From the NCBI GenBank assembly GCA_904420505.1, contig CAJFVS010000025.1:21004-85003 (forward strand): 64,000 nt of DNA. The letters run 5' to 3'. Within the stretch, counting starts at the first letter, position 1; the number at the start of each line of letters is the position of its first letter. Both the position numbers and the translations under genes were made by a program. Positions 28,083-38,519 of this stretch are shown one piece after another. This stretch comes from Candidatus Alloruminococcus vanvlietii (GTDB lineage Bacteria; Bacillota; Clostridia; Oscillospirales; Ruminococcaceae). The notes under the pieces are model-generated. The model saw only the letters and a program-made list of their open reading frames with translations. It was not told where the DNA came from and did not search any database.

Positions 28083-29702
28083 ATGATAACCGGTGCACAG
28101 GCCTTGGTGCAGGCGCTGGAACGCGAAGGCTGCGAAGTGATTTTTGGCTACCCAGGGGTTGCCATCTGCCCGTTTTACGATGCGCTTACCGCTTCGCCTA
28201 TCCGGCATATCCTGGTGCGCCAGGAGCAAAACGCCGGCCATGCCGCCAGCGGCTATGCGCGTATCCGCCATAAAGCGGGGGTATGCTGCGCTACATCCGG
28301 GCCGGGGGCTACCAATTTAATCACCGCCCTTGCCACCGCTTATATGGATTCCATTCCCCTTGTGGCCATTACCGGGCAGGTAAGCCGCGATATGCTGGGA
28401 CGGGATGTGTTCCAGGAAGTGGACATCACCGGCGCCACCGAGCCGTTTACCAAGCACAGCTATCTTATCAAGGATGCAAACGATATCCCCCGCGTGGTGC
28501 AGGAGGCCTTTTACATCGCCCAGACCGGCCGGCCGGGTCCTGTTTTAATCGACGTGCCGGTGGATGTGCAGATGGAAGAATGCCAAACCCCCGAGCCCCC
28601 CAAGCATGTGCACATCCGCGGGTATAAGCCCACCGTTACCGGGCATGCCGCCCAGGTAAAGCGCACGCTGGAAGCCATAAGCGAAGCCGAACGGCCGCTT
28701 ATCTGCGCCGGCGGCGGGGTGCTTTTGGCAAACGCCCAGCCAGAGCTTGTAGAATTTGCCGAAAAAACCCAGATACCGGTGGTCACCACCATGATGGGCA
28801 TTGGCGCCATAGCGCCCAACCACCCACTTGCGCTGGGCATGATTGGCAACTACGGCAGCACCCGTGCAAACGAGGTGCTTTTAAAAGCCGATTTGCTTAT
28901 TTTAATCGGTGCGCGCGTGGGCGACCGCGCGGTGCGCAACCCCGATGTGCTGTATCAAAAGGCAAAAATCGTCCACATCGACGTAGACCCGGCCGAAATC
29001 GGCAAAAATATGGGCACGCATATCCCCATTGTGGGCGATATCCACACCGTGTTAAACCAGCTTTTGTCGCTAACCGAGCCGCTTACCCACACGCAATGGT
29101 TAGAGGAAATTGCCTCTATCCCCAAGCCGTACCCGCCTGCGCTTTGCCACAAGGACGGCTTTTTAAACCCCAAGGCCCTGCTGCCCCAAATTTTTGCACG
29201 CCTTGCGCCAAACGCCATTGTGGTAGCGGATGTCGGCCAAAACCAGATTTGGGCTGCCAACGCCTATAATTTGGCGCAGGGGCGCTTTTTAACCTCTGGG
29301 GGGCTGGGCACTATGGGCTATAGCCTGCCTGCGGCCATGGGCGCCAAAGCGGCTGCGCCCAAACGCCAGGTGGTGTGCATCTGCGGGGACGGCTCGTTCC
29401 AGATGATGCTCAACGAACTGGCGACCGCCCGGCAAAACGATTTGGATATCAAAATCATTGTGATGCGAAACGATTGCCTAGGCCTAGTGCGCGAATATCA
29501 AAAACGCTTTTACGCCGGCAATTTTACAGCGGTGCACCTGCATGCATTGCCCCATATCCAAACCATTGGCCTGGCTTATGGCATTCCGGCCTTTTTGTTA
29601 AGCGAACAGGAACAGGTAGAACCTGTTTTGGAAAAATTTTTGCAAACAACAGGCTCTGCCATATTGGAAATCATCATCCGCCCGGATGAATCGTCGCGTT
29701 AG
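28083..29702 (+). CDS. ilvB: acetolactate synthase large (catalytic) subunit, ThDP-dependent
   Basis: 539 aa. MITGAQALVQALEREGCEVIFGYPG..., the ThDP motif GLGTMGYSLPAAMGA...GDGSFQM, and an ilvN gene immediately after. Confidence 0.9.
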   Translation: MITGAQALVQALEREGCEVIFGYPGVAICPFYDALTASPIRHILVRQEQNAGHAASGYARIRHKAGVCCATSGPGATNLITALATAYMDSIPLVAITGQVSRDMLGRDVFQEVDITGATEPFTKHSYLIKDANDIPRVVQEAFYIAQTGRPGPVLIDVPVDVQMEECQTPEPPKHVHIRGYKPTVTGHAAQVKRTLEAISEAERPLICAGGGVLLANAQPELVEFAEKTQIPVVTTMMGIGAIAPNHPLALGMIGNYGSTRANEVLLKADLLILIGARVGDRAVRNPDVLYQKAKIVHIDVDPAEIGKNMGTHIPIVGDIHTVLNQLLSLTEPLTHTQWLEEIASIPKPYPPALCHKDGFLNPKALLPQIFARLAPNAIVVADVGQNQIWAANAYNLAQGRFLTSGGLGTMGYSLPAAMGAKAAAPKRQVVCICGDGSFQMMLNELATARQNDLDIKIIVMRNDCLGLVREYQKRFYAGNFTAVHLHALPHIQTIGLAYGIPAFLLSEQEQVEPVLEKFLQTTGSAILEIIIRPDESSR

Positions 29703-29713
29703 GAGGGATTTTG

Positions 29714-30202
29714 ATGAAACACACGCTTTCTGTGCTGGTAGAAAACCAGTCCGGTGTGCTTTCGCGCATTGCGGGGCTGTTTTCCCGGCGCGGTTACAAC
29801 ATCGAAAGCTTAAACGTAGGCGCCACCGAAGACCCGACCATCTCGCGCATGACCATTGTGGTAAACGGCGACGACGCCATTATAGAACAGGTGGAAAAGC
29901 AGTTAAACAAGCTCATCAATGTCATCAAAGTCAAATCCATCGCGCCTGCAGAGCTTATTAACCGGGAGTTAATATTGGTAAAAGTGTCCGCCGGCCACAA
30001 GGAGCGCGGGGAAATTTCCAACATCACCCAAATTATGGGCGCGCATATCATCGACATTTCGCGCGCAACCCTGACGGTGGAATTTTGCAATACCCCCGAG
30101 CAAATTGCCATTTTGTTAAGTTTGCTGCGCCCGTACAACATCCGCGAAACCATCCGCACCGGAACGGTCGCCATTGAACAGGGCAGCACCACGATAAAAT
30201 AA
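29714..30202 (+). CDS. ilvN: acetolactate synthase small (regulatory) subunit
   Basis: MKHTLSVLVENQSGVLSRIAGLFSRRGYNIESL is the canonical ACT-domain N-terminus of IlvH/IlvN. ATG 29714 lies 6 nt after AGGAGGGA. Confidence 0.9.
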   Translation: MKHTLSVLVENQSGVLSRIAGLFSRRGYNIESLNVGATEDPTISRMTIVVNGDDAIIEQVEKQLNKLINVIKVKSIAPAELINRELILVKVSAGHKERGEISNITQIMGAHIIDISRATLTVEFCNTPEQIAILLSLLRPYNIRETIRTGTVAIEQGSTTIK

Positions 30203-30273
30203 CGCCGGATTCTTACGCTTTATTGGCAAATAAAAAAACGCGTGTACCGTTTGTAGGTACGCGCGTTTTGTTT

Positions 30274-31497
30274 TTAGCCAACCAGCAAAAACTGGTAAAG
30301 GTAAAACAGCAAGTAGGAACCAACCGCCACAAACGGCATAGCCTTTAGATGTTCCTTGTAAACCTCCCAGTTTTTGCAGCCCATGTATTTTACCGTTAAC
30401 AGCTGGCACAAGTGCAAAGGCGAATAATAATACCCCAAAAAGCCCCACACAAACACAAAAAAGGTGTAGATAAGCTTCATTTCCCCCGCTATGGGCAGCG
30501 CCCCAATAAGCGGCAAAATGACCCCTAAAGGCACCATGATATGCCCTGTGGTGGCCCCAAACAGGATGGACGCCAGCGAAATGACCAGCAAAATGCTAAA
30601 GCCCGAGGAAATGCTGAACAAATGCACAACCGTCGCGGTTACATCGTTTAGCCGGGTGATGATATGCTGCAAAAAGTAAATGCCAACCATCATAAGGGGG
30701 GTGCTAAACCCCAGGCCCCTGCACGCCTGGCGGAAAAAATCCTTGCGGCAGCCAATGGCAAAACAAAGCCCTATGCACACAAAACCGCCCAGAAACAACG
30801 GCAGCCCAAACAGGTTGAGCACCACCATCATATACACCGGCGAAAGGTCGCACACCAGCGCCCACAATGCGCGCGCACGCCCCGGGCTTTTGGGCGCTTT
30901 GATTTTGGGGGCCTTAAACAGGTAAATAAAATAGCTGATGACCTGCATCAAAATCACAAACCCGATGTTTAGCAAAATGAGCATGTAGATGTTCACTTCG
31001 GGTACCACAGTTGGGATAAAAATCATGGTGCCGGTATAGGGCAGAATAAACATGGCAATGTGCCGAAAAGACAAATTCACCACCGCGCGCTTGGCGCTGG
31101 AAAGGCCCAGTTCCTTGCCAATCGAATCGGCAAACGGGGCGGACAAATACGCCCCGCCGGGCACCGAAAGCAGGCCCATCACCGCGGGCAGCACCATCAT
31201 AATCACCTTGCTGCTTGCAAATACCCGCTTTAAGTTTTCCACAATGCGGTCCAAAATGCCGTATTGCTTTAACAAATACCCCAGCACGCCCACCTGCGCC
31301 ACTACAATAATGGTTTCCAAGGCTGACCAGCTTAGGAAAACCTCTTCAAAGGCTGTCCAGATATGGATAGGCGCCAAACCCGCAATAAGCCCCAATATGG
31401 CCCCGCACAGCAAAAGCGCCGGGCCAAAACCCAGTTTTTTCTTGGGTATAAAGGGCAACAAACAAAATGCAATCAAAATAGCCACAAACTGCCGCAT
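30274..31497 (-). CDS. polytopic membrane protein, DUF401-like / ion-transporter-superfamily candidate
   Basis: 407 aa with about 11 hydrophobic segments. The family assignment is from memory of DUF401-like sequences and is tentative. Confidence 0.5.
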   Translation of the reverse strand: MRQFVAILIAFCLLPFIPKKKLGFGPALLLCGAILGLIAGLAPIHIWTAFEEVFLSWSALETIIVVAQVGVLGYLLKQYGILDRIVENLKRVFASSKVIMMVLPAVMGLLSVPGGAYLSAPFADSIGKELGLSSAKRAVVNLSFRHIAMFILPYTGTMIFIPTVVPEVNIYMLILLNIGFVILMQVISYFIYLFKAPKIKAPKSPGRARALWALVCDLSPVYMMVVLNLFGLPLFLGGFVCIGLCFAIGCRKDFFRQACRGLGFSTPLMMVGIYFLQHIITRLNDVTATVVHLFSISSGFSILLVISLASILFGATTGHIMVPLGVILPLIGALPIAGEMKLIYTFFVFVWGFLGYYYSPLHLCQLLTVKYMGCKNWEVYKEHLKAMPFVAVGSYLLFYLYQFLLVG

Positions 31498-31645
31498 AGG
31501 CTTTCCCCCTCAATGCTATTGGTATTATTATACAAAAAGTTTGGGGTTGTGCCTAGCGTGATTTGTGATAAAAAACCTCAGGTATTTTCTACACCCATGC
31601 AAAAACGCCCCGCAACGGCTTTGCGGGGCGTTTGGCTATATGGTT

Positions 31646-32572
31646 TTATTTTACCACATGCATCATTTCCTGGTTGTTTAAATAGCAGTTTAAATTGTGC
31701 GCGCACAGCTTGTATACGCGTTTTAAGCGGAATTCGCACAAACCGGCGTGATGAGGGGTAATAATCAAATTTTTGGCATCCCACAGCGGCGAATCGCTTG
31801 GCAGCGGCTCGGGGGTGGTTACATCCACCGCAGCGCCGGCAATTACCCCTTCGTTTAAGGCTTTTATCAAATCGTTTTGGTTGGTAACGCCGCCGCGCGC
31901 CATGTTGATGTAATACGCGGATTTTTTCATCTGTTCAAATGCCGCCAGGTTCATCATCTCATGGCTTTCCTTGCTGTAAGGCACCAGCATTACCACAAAA
32001 TCGCTTTTGTTCAAAAAGGCTTTCAGCCCGTCGGGCCCGGCATATACCGCATCAAAAAATTCCGGCTTCACCCCGCTGCGGCTGTAACCGATTACCTGCA
32101 TGTCAAAAGCCAGCTTGCATTTTTTAGCAAGTTCTTTGCCAATCATGCCAACGCCCAAAACGCCCAGCACCTTGCCTTCAAACTCAAAGTTTAAGGGCAG
32201 GCGGTCCCATTTGTGCTCACGCTGGCAATCGATATAATGCTTGGTGTTTTTGGCCAAAGCAAACATTTTGGCAATGGCGTCTTCGGCCACCGGTACGCTG
32301 TTGATGGAATTGGCAGTGGTCAGAACAATCCCCTTTTGGCGGATATATTCCATATCCACACAGTCATACCCCGAAGCGGCCAATTGCAGCCATTTCAGGT
32401 TTTTGAGCTTTTTTACCGTATCCATCTTCAATTTGGATGGAACGCTAATCAAAACCTCGGCTTCGTCGGGGTTTTGGATTTCGTCAAAATCGCCGTTAAA
32501 AAGGGTAAATTCCACCTGCGGAAATTGGTCCATTGTGGCCTGGTCCAGTTCAACAGTCGTCAATACTCTCAT
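31646..32572 (-). CDS. D-isomer-specific 2-hydroxyacid dehydrogenase, NAD-binding
   Basis: ORF 31646..32638. ATG 32572 follows AAAGGAGAGA. It has the GVLGVGMIGKELA Rossmann motif and the catalytic R...E...H layout. Confidence 0.85.
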   Translation of the reverse strand: MRVLTTVELDQATMDQFPQVEFTLFNGDFDEIQNPDEAEVLISVPSKLKMDTVKKLKNLKWLQLAASGYDCVDMEYIRQKGIVLTTANSINSVPVAEDAIAKMFALAKNTKHYIDCQREHKWDRLPLNFEFEGKVLGVLGVGMIGKELAKKCKLAFDMQVIGYSRSGVKPEFFDAVYAGPDGLKAFLNKSDFVVMLVPYSKESHEMMNLAAFEQMKKSAYYINMARGGVTNQNDLIKALNEGVIAGAAVDVTTPEPLPSDSPLWDAKNLIITPHHAGLCEFRLKRVYKLCAHNLNCYLNNQEMMHVVK

Positions 32573-32683
32573 GCTAGTCTCTCCTTTATCGCGAGCTTTT
32601 CTTGACACTATTGTAACACCGCCAACGCATGCAAACAATGTTTATTTGGCATACAACCGGAGCCGGGAAGATACCATTGGTTT

Positions 32684-32857
32684 TTACAGGTCGTCGGCAT
32701 CCTGCACAGGGGTTTCATAATCCTCCAGCGGGCGCCCGGTATAGCTGCCCAACGGGTCGGAATAGGAAATCATTTCCCCTTGCAGGTGCGCAATGGTATT
32801 TTGCACTTTTTCTTTGGGGGATATTTCTTTTTTGTCCTTTTTGGGTTTTTTCTCCAT
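32684..32857 (-). CDS. small charged hypothetical protein (57 aa)
   Basis: ATG 32857 lies 8 nt after GGAGGTGA. Lys-rich N-terminus and acidic C-terminus. I recognise no family. Confidence 0.4.
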   Translation of the reverse strand: MEKKPKKDKKEISPKEKVQNTIAHLQGEMISYSDPLGSYTGRPLEDYETPVQDADDL

Positions 32858-33030
32858 TTGCTTCACCTCCTGCAAATAGTGTTTCCGCAAAGGATGGGTT
32901 TATGTTATAATGGTTTTATGATAGCGGCTGTAAAAAGCCCGCATGCTTTTACCCGCATTTTGCCATAAAAAACTTTGCCATCCGGTTTGGCGCCGCTGTG
33001 GCGCTTTTATACCTTTTAAGGAGGAAACAT

Positions 33031-33618
33031 ATGGATTACCAACAGGAATTTATCCGCATTTATACCGAAAACATCCAGCGGGAAGGCTCCCAACCGCTGT
33101 TGGAATGGCTTAAGAAAACCGACTTTTTTACAGCGCCTGCCAGTTCCAAATTCCACTGCGCATGCGAAGGCGGTTTGGTGCAGCATTCGGTAAATGTATT
33201 TAAAACCCTGGTAGAACGCTATTTTGAGCCGGAAGTGGACAACATGGAAAGCTTTGCTTTATGCGCGCTGCTGCACGATTTGTGCAAAGCTCAGTTTTAT
33301 AAGGTAAGCACCCGCAACGTAAAAAACGAAACCACCGGCCAATGGGAAAAGGTGCCCTACTATTCGGTGGAGGATTCTTTTCCCTTTGGGCACGGGGAAA
33401 AATCGGTGTTTTTGATTGAACGCTTTGTGCGCTTAAAGCCCGCAGAGGCCATGGCTATCCGCTGGCATATGGGCGGGTTCGATGAAAGCGTAAAGGGCGG
33501 CTCGTTTGCGCTTTCGCATGCGTTTGAAAAATATCCCCTGGCGGTAAAGCTGCATCTGGCGGATTTGGAATCGACCTACCTGCGCGAGCGCGGCACTTCC
33601 AGCGTAAACAAAAAATAA
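33031..33618 (+). CDS. HD-domain phosphohydrolase
   Basis: ATG 33031 lies 6 nt after AAGGAGGAAA. H...HD motif (…FHCACEGGLVQHS…ALLHDLCK…). Confidence 0.75.
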   Translation: MDYQQEFIRIYTENIQREGSQPLLEWLKKTDFFTAPASSKFHCACEGGLVQHSVNVFKTLVERYFEPEVDNMESFALCALLHDLCKAQFYKVSTRNVKNETTGQWEKVPYYSVEDSFPFGHGEKSVFLIERFVRLKPAEAMAIRWHMGGFDESVKGGSFALSHAFEKYPLAVKLHLADLESTYLRERGTSSVNKK

Positions 33619-33623
33619 AATGC

Positions 33624-33660
33624 AAAAAAGCAGATGGATTCTCCATCTGCTTTTGTTTTT
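33624..33660. terminator. bidirectional intrinsic terminator
   Basis: GCAGATGGA-ttct-CCATCTGC, flanked by an A-run and a T-run. Confidence 0.75.
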
Positions 33661-33664
33661 GCTT

Positions 33665-34939
33665 TTATTCATAGCGCAGTGCTTCAATAGGGTCCATTTT
33701 GGCGGCTTTGCTGGCTGGATAATAGCCAAAAAACACGCCGATGGTCATGCTAAAAGCCACCGCAAACAAACATACCACCAAAGACGGTTTGGAGGCGTAC
33801 CCCAACAAGTTCGCACCTAAGGTGCCCAGCCCAATGCCCGCCAAAATACCCAGCATCCCGCCGATTAAACAGATAACCACCGATTCGACGATGAACTGGA
33901 ACCGTATCACGTTTTCTGAAGCGCCTAATGCTTTTCGCGTGCCGATTTCCCGTGTGCGCTCGGTAATGGAAACCAACATGATGTTCATTACCCCAATGCC
34001 GCCTACCAGCAAACTAATGGCTGCAATGGCCGAAATGGCCAGCGTTATGGTGCCAAGCATTTCGGTCATGGTTTCCACCATGCTTTCCATGCTGCTGGCA
34101 TTTACGGTATAACTGGGGTTACGGGTGTAAAAACTTTGAAAAAACTGCTTGGTTTTGCTTAAAAACTCGCTGCTATTTGTGTCGGTTGTGGTGACAACCG
34201 TAAAGCTCTAGTATCCATCGTTGCTGTAATTGAGCTTTTTTGCCAGTGTGATAGGAATATACATGGTTGTGGTGGTCGTAGAATTTTCCAGCGAAACGGT
34301 TTGGTCTTCATCGTATTCATAAATGCCCGCAATATAAAACGAAACCGCTGAATTGTTTACCGTGATATCCACCGTTTGGCCAACCACATTGCGGGTGGTG
34401 CCAAAAATTTCCTGCGCCAAGTAATCGGATACCACGCATACCTTTTTTTGCCCATCCAAATCCTCTTGGTTTAAAAAACGCCCGCTTATAATTGCAAGCT
34501 CCTCGCTTGTCTGTACGTCCACATTTACCCCTGTTACATTCACCGAGGAGGTTTCGGTGCCGTTTTTGGCGGTGTTTTGCCCCATGCTTTCGGTTAGAGC
34601 AATGGCGCTAATATTGGCGCCATAGGCCGTTCGGTATTCCTCAATCATTGCATCGCTTATCAAATCTTCCTCCGAGGGGCTGCTGGGGCCAAACAGCAAG
34701 CGCGCCCCACCCTGTTCGCTGTCGGTGTCCGTGCTTTTTTGGGTAAGCGAAACCGTGATGTTGTTGATTCCAAAAGAGGACATCGAATCGGTGATGGAAC
34801 CAGTAAGCGAATCGCCTACGGTAACAATGCCAATAACCGCCCCAATGCCGATGATAATGCCCAGCATGGTTAAAATCGCTCGCATTTTATTGGACTTTAA
34901 ACTGGAAAGTGCAAGCAAAATATTATCCCATATCTGCAT
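33665..34939 (-). pseudogene. MacB/FtsX-type ABC efflux permease interrupted by an in-frame TAG
   Basis: ORF 34208..34939 gives TM1 plus the MacB periplasmic domain (MQIWDNILLALSSLKSNKMRAILTMLGIIIG...). ORF 33665..34090 gives the FtsX 3-TM C-terminal domain. Both are in the same frame. Reading through TAG 34208..34210 gives ...[51 protein letters not shown]... Confidence 0.8.
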
Positions 34940-35642
34940 ACCACGCCCCCCTTTGCACGTCTACAATGCGCCCATCCTTTAACGTGATGATGCGCTGGGC
35001 TTCTTTCGCCAGTTCTTGGCTGTGGGTGATGAGAACGACTGTCATGCCATGGTTTTTATGCAAATTGTGGAAAATATCCATTACCGTACGGCTTGTAGCA
35101 GAATCCAACGCGCCGGTGGGTTCGTCGGCCAGCAACAAAGCGGGGGAGTTGCTCATGGCACGGGCGATAGCCACCCTTTGGCGCTGCCCGCCGGAAAGCT
35201 CATTGGGCTGGTGCTTCATACGCTCCTGCATACCCACCAAAGTCAGCAGGCTTTTGGCCCTGGCTATGCGTTCCCGTTTGGGAAGCCCCGCGTACAGCAT
35301 AGGCAGTTCCACATTTTTTAAGGCGGAAGTACGCCCAATCAGGTTAAATGTTTGGAATACAAAACCTATTTTCTGGTTACGGATTTTCGCCAGTTGTTTG
35401 GGGCGGGCTTTTAAAATATCCAGCCCATCCAACACATAACTGCCTTCGGTGGGACGGTCCAGCGCGCCAATAATATTCATAAGCGTGGATTTGCCCGAAC
35501 CGGATTCGCCCACAATGGCAATAAATTCGCCTTTATACACCGTAAGGTCGATGCCGTGCAAAATTTCCAGTTCATTGGGCTGGCCAATGTAATAGCGTTT
35601 GACGATATGTTGCATCTGGATAATAGGGGTTTGCTGCATCAC
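34923..35642 (-). CDS. ABC transporter ATP-binding protein (MacB/LolD-type)
   Basis: 239 aa and intact. Walker A GESGSGKST, signature LSGGQRQR, Walker B LLLADEPT. Confidence 0.9.
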   Translation of the reverse strand: MMQQTPIIQMQHIVKRYYIGQPNELEILHGIDLTVYKGEFIAIVGESGSGKSTLMNIIGALDRPTEGSYVLDGLDILKARPKQLAKIRNQKIGFVFQTFNLIGRTSALKNVELPMLYAGLPKRERIARAKSLLTLVGMQERMKHQPNELSGGQRQRVAIARAMSNSPALLLADEPTGALDSATSRTVMDIFHNLHKNHGMTVVLITHSQELAKEAQRIITLKDGRIVDVQRGAWYADMG

Positions 35643-37037
35643 GGACGGCCACCACCGCCCTGCATGCCGCCGCCCATTTGCCCGCCGCCTGGGCCCATGT
35701 TGCCGCCATCGGGCATGGCAATATTCATATCTCCGCCCGGGAAGCCTTCCTGGGCCGCCTGGGTATCCGTGTCGGTGGCTTCTTCTTCGTTGGCGCTGGC
35801 ACGCACAACCATACCGTCTTCCAAGGTATCGCCGGAAATTTCAATATAATAATCGTTTTCTTCCCCTACCGTGACGATAACGGGTTCAAATTCCTGGGTT
35901 TGGGTGTTTTGCACGTAAATAACTTTATTTCCATTTTCATCCTCGCCCACCGCGTCGTAAGGGACCGTATAAACATCTTCAATAGAAGAAACGATGATCT
36001 CCACTTTTGCATTCATGCCAATAAGCAGGTTTTCGTCCGGGTCAGTGATTTCCACTTCAGCCGAAAAAGTGCTTGACGACGAACCCATGCCCTGGGTGGA
36101 AGCCACTGGGGAAATTTGGGTGACGGTGCCGTGCATTTCCACATCGGTGGCGTCGCTGGTGATGATGGCGTCCATGCCGACTTCAACACTTTGCATGTCG
36201 TATTCTTCAATAGAGATAGCAACCTTTAAGGTGTTGGTGTTTTGAATAGTTGCAACCGTTTCGCTGGGCCGGCTGCCCACAGTGGCGTTTACGGCGGTCA
36301 CCGTACCGGCCGATTCGGCACGTAGGGTGCATTTTTCAATCTCTTCGTTGATGTCGGTCGATATCATCGCTTTCACTGGCATTTTGATAGTTTTCATAAG
36401 CGGTAGCCAGGGTTTCTTGGGCACGTTCCAGGGTGGTCTGCGCACTGGTATATGCGTTATAAGCGCTATTATATTCGTTTTGCGCTGTGGTATATTCACT
36501 GTAATGGGTATCGTAGTTGGACTGTTTTTTTTGCCGTATCCAGCGCATCTTTAGCCGAATTGGTCGCTTCTTCGCAGGATTGATATGTCTCGCTGGCCTG
36601 GCTGTAATTTTTTTCGGCCTGCTCATATGCCTGGTCGATGCTCTCCTGCAGGGTTTCCTGCGCTTTTTGCAAGCGTGTAGTCAATTCCGAAGTATCTAAC
36701 ATGCAAATGATATCCCCGGCGGCTACTTCATCGCCCACTTGTACTTCCACGCTTTTTACCGAGTAGGTCAGCGAAGTGGTTACAGTGGAAACTTCATTGC
36801 TTTCCACTGTTCCGGTGGCAGATACGGTTTCTTCCAATGCCCCTTTGGACAAAACCACTGTGCGCACATAGGCGCTGTCTTCCTGCTGCATAGCCGGCGA
36901 TAAGGCTGCTTGTTTCCACGGCTGCCAAATAAGCACCCCAACGCCTGCCACCAGCACAACGGCCGCAAAATGCACATTTTGATATGGCGGCGCAAAAAAC
37001 TTCCTATTTTGGCAAAAAAACGTTTGAACGCTTGCAT
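35639..37037 (-). pseudogene. HlyD/MacA-type periplasmic adaptor gene split over four reading frames
   Basis: ATG 37037 has a strong SD (AAGGAGA) and encodes MQAFKRFFAKIGSFLRRHIK. The TM helix and lipoyl-like part continue in frame 36975..36496. The coiled coil (QSNYDTHYSEYTTAQNEYNSAYNAYTSAQTTLERAQETL...) is in the frame of ORF 36336..36626. The beta-barrel and Gly-rich tail are in ORF 35639..36499. The second switch coincides with an A8 run (36525..36532). Confidence 0.75.
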
Positions 37038-37165
37038 GTTTATCCTGTCTCCTTATTTGTTAAAACTGGGACTATTTTCCATCCAGCTCGTGCAAACAAT
37101 GTGATACAGTCATGAACAAACCGTGATGTTTCCATAAATTTTGTGTTTCGTGTGGGCAAATAGTA

Positions 37166-37196
37166 ACAAAAAAGCCCCTCTTACAGAGGAGCTTTT
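37166..37196 (-). terminator. intrinsic terminator after the DUF1015 gene
   Basis: Minus-strand stem AGCTCCTCT-gtaa-GAGGGGCT (one mismatch) followed by TTTTTT. Confidence 0.6.
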
Positions 37197-37219
37197 TATT
37201 GTTTTTATAAGCGCAGATT

Positions 37220-38488
37220 TTAGCGGATTTTGCGTGCTTCCAAATAAAAGCGTTTGTCGCAGGCGTGGCCCATGGAAAAGGTTTTGCGGGGCAGCACGCC
37301 GTCTACAATCACGGTTTTAAACAGTTCCTCTTTGGGGATGCAGGGCAGCAAAAAGCCCATGCAGCCCTTTTGCGCGCCCAGCTGGCGGGTTACGTCTTCA
37401 CCGTGTATGTAGTCCACCCGGCCGCCGTGGCGGGCGATGTAATCGTCGATAAAATACTGCAAGGAGCCCACTGTCAGGTTGGATTTGGGGTTTTTGATGG
37501 TAATCATGCCGCTAATGTTGTGGCTGACATACTCAAACGTCTGCCCGCCTTCGCTTTGCATGTAATCCACCGTGTAAAATTCGCTTAATTCCTCCAGCAT
37601 TTCATCCGGGTCAATGTCAAACACCACGCGGTGGATCGGCTCAAAGCACAGGGCTTTGTCGTGCAGGTTCACCACCTCCACCAGCGCATAGCGCGCGGGG
37701 TGGTTTTCCCACTGGCTTTGGGGCATGGTTTTTTTCAGCCTTTCAAAGCATTCCTTGGCGCATGCCAGCGAATGGTTGCCGTCGCCCACGGCAAACAGCA
37801 AAACGCCTTTATTGTCCACATTGTATTTTTTTTCAAAGGCGGCTTCGTCGCACAAATTGCCCAGCGCGCGCTGTACCTGGCCGGCGCTTTCTTCATCAAG
37901 GGCAAAGCCTTCTACATGCCCGCTTTGCTGCATCAAATCAAACGAATACAGCTTTTGCATGTTTTCGCATTTGTGCTCCAGCGGTTCTATCACCGTATGT
38001 TCGCGGTCGTCGATAAGCAACATCACATGGGGCAGTTCCAACGAGGCGTTTTCGCGCACGCGCACCCGCGGGGGAATGCGCTCGAGCACGGTGCCCTCGG
38101 TGGCGCGGATGAAACTTTGCGAACCCTTTTGGTAATTGTATTGCTCCAAATCCACCATGCCGATAAGCCCATGGCGCACAAGCCCGTTTTGCAGCGTGCG
38201 GCGCACATACACAAACTTGTTGTGGAAGGTTTCAAAAACGCCGTTTTGCAGGTAATTTTGCATGCTTTGGTTGATATTTTGAATGCGTTTGTCCACATCC
38301 GGCTCTTCCAGATAAATTTCCGGCAACACCATATGCAGGGTAGAGGGTGCTTGCCCTACCAGCTCTTCCACCTGCCGCCAGTACTGTGGTTCAGACGTAT
38401 ACTGGTCGCAGGCAACAACGCTCCATTTTTGCATATCGCAGTTTTTGGGCAGTAAAATATCGGCAGCATGAAAACAAAGGTTTTCCAT
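37220..38488 (-). CDS. DUF1015-family protein
   Basis: 422 aa. ...AADILLPKNCDMQKWSVVACDQYTSEPQYW... and overall collinearity with DUF1015 proteins. Confidence 0.75.
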   Translation of the reverse strand: MENLCFHAADILLPKNCDMQKWSVVACDQYTSEPQYWRQVEELVGQAPSTLHMVLPEIYLEEPDVDKRIQNINQSMQNYLQNGVFETFHNKFVYVRRTLQNGLVRHGLIGMVDLEQYNYQKGSQSFIRATEGTVLERIPPRVRVRENASLELPHVMLLIDDREHTVIEPLEHKCENMQKLYSFDLMQQSGHVEGFALDEESAGQVQRALGNLCDEAAFEKKYNVDNKGVLLFAVGDGNHSLACAKECFERLKKTMPQSQWENHPARYALVEVVNLHDKALCFEPIHRVVFDIDPDEMLEELSEFYTVDYMQSEGGQTFEYVSHNISGMITIKNPKSNLTVGSLQYFIDDYIARHGGRVDYIHGEDVTRQLGAQKGCMGFLLPCIPKEELFKTVIVDGVLPRKTFSMGHACDKRFYLEARKIR

Positions 38489-38519
38489 ATCGTTCCCTTT
38501 CCAAAAAACACAAACGCTG

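Noticed and set aside
34208-34210. The in-frame TAG in the permease read as programmed recoding (pyrrolysine or readthrough)
   Set aside because: TAG ends ordinary genes in this same window (ilvB, the lipoprotein gene at 52364..52366). No pyl genes or recoding signals are visible, and the neighbouring adaptor gene is also damaged. A nonsense mutation or base error is the simpler explanation.
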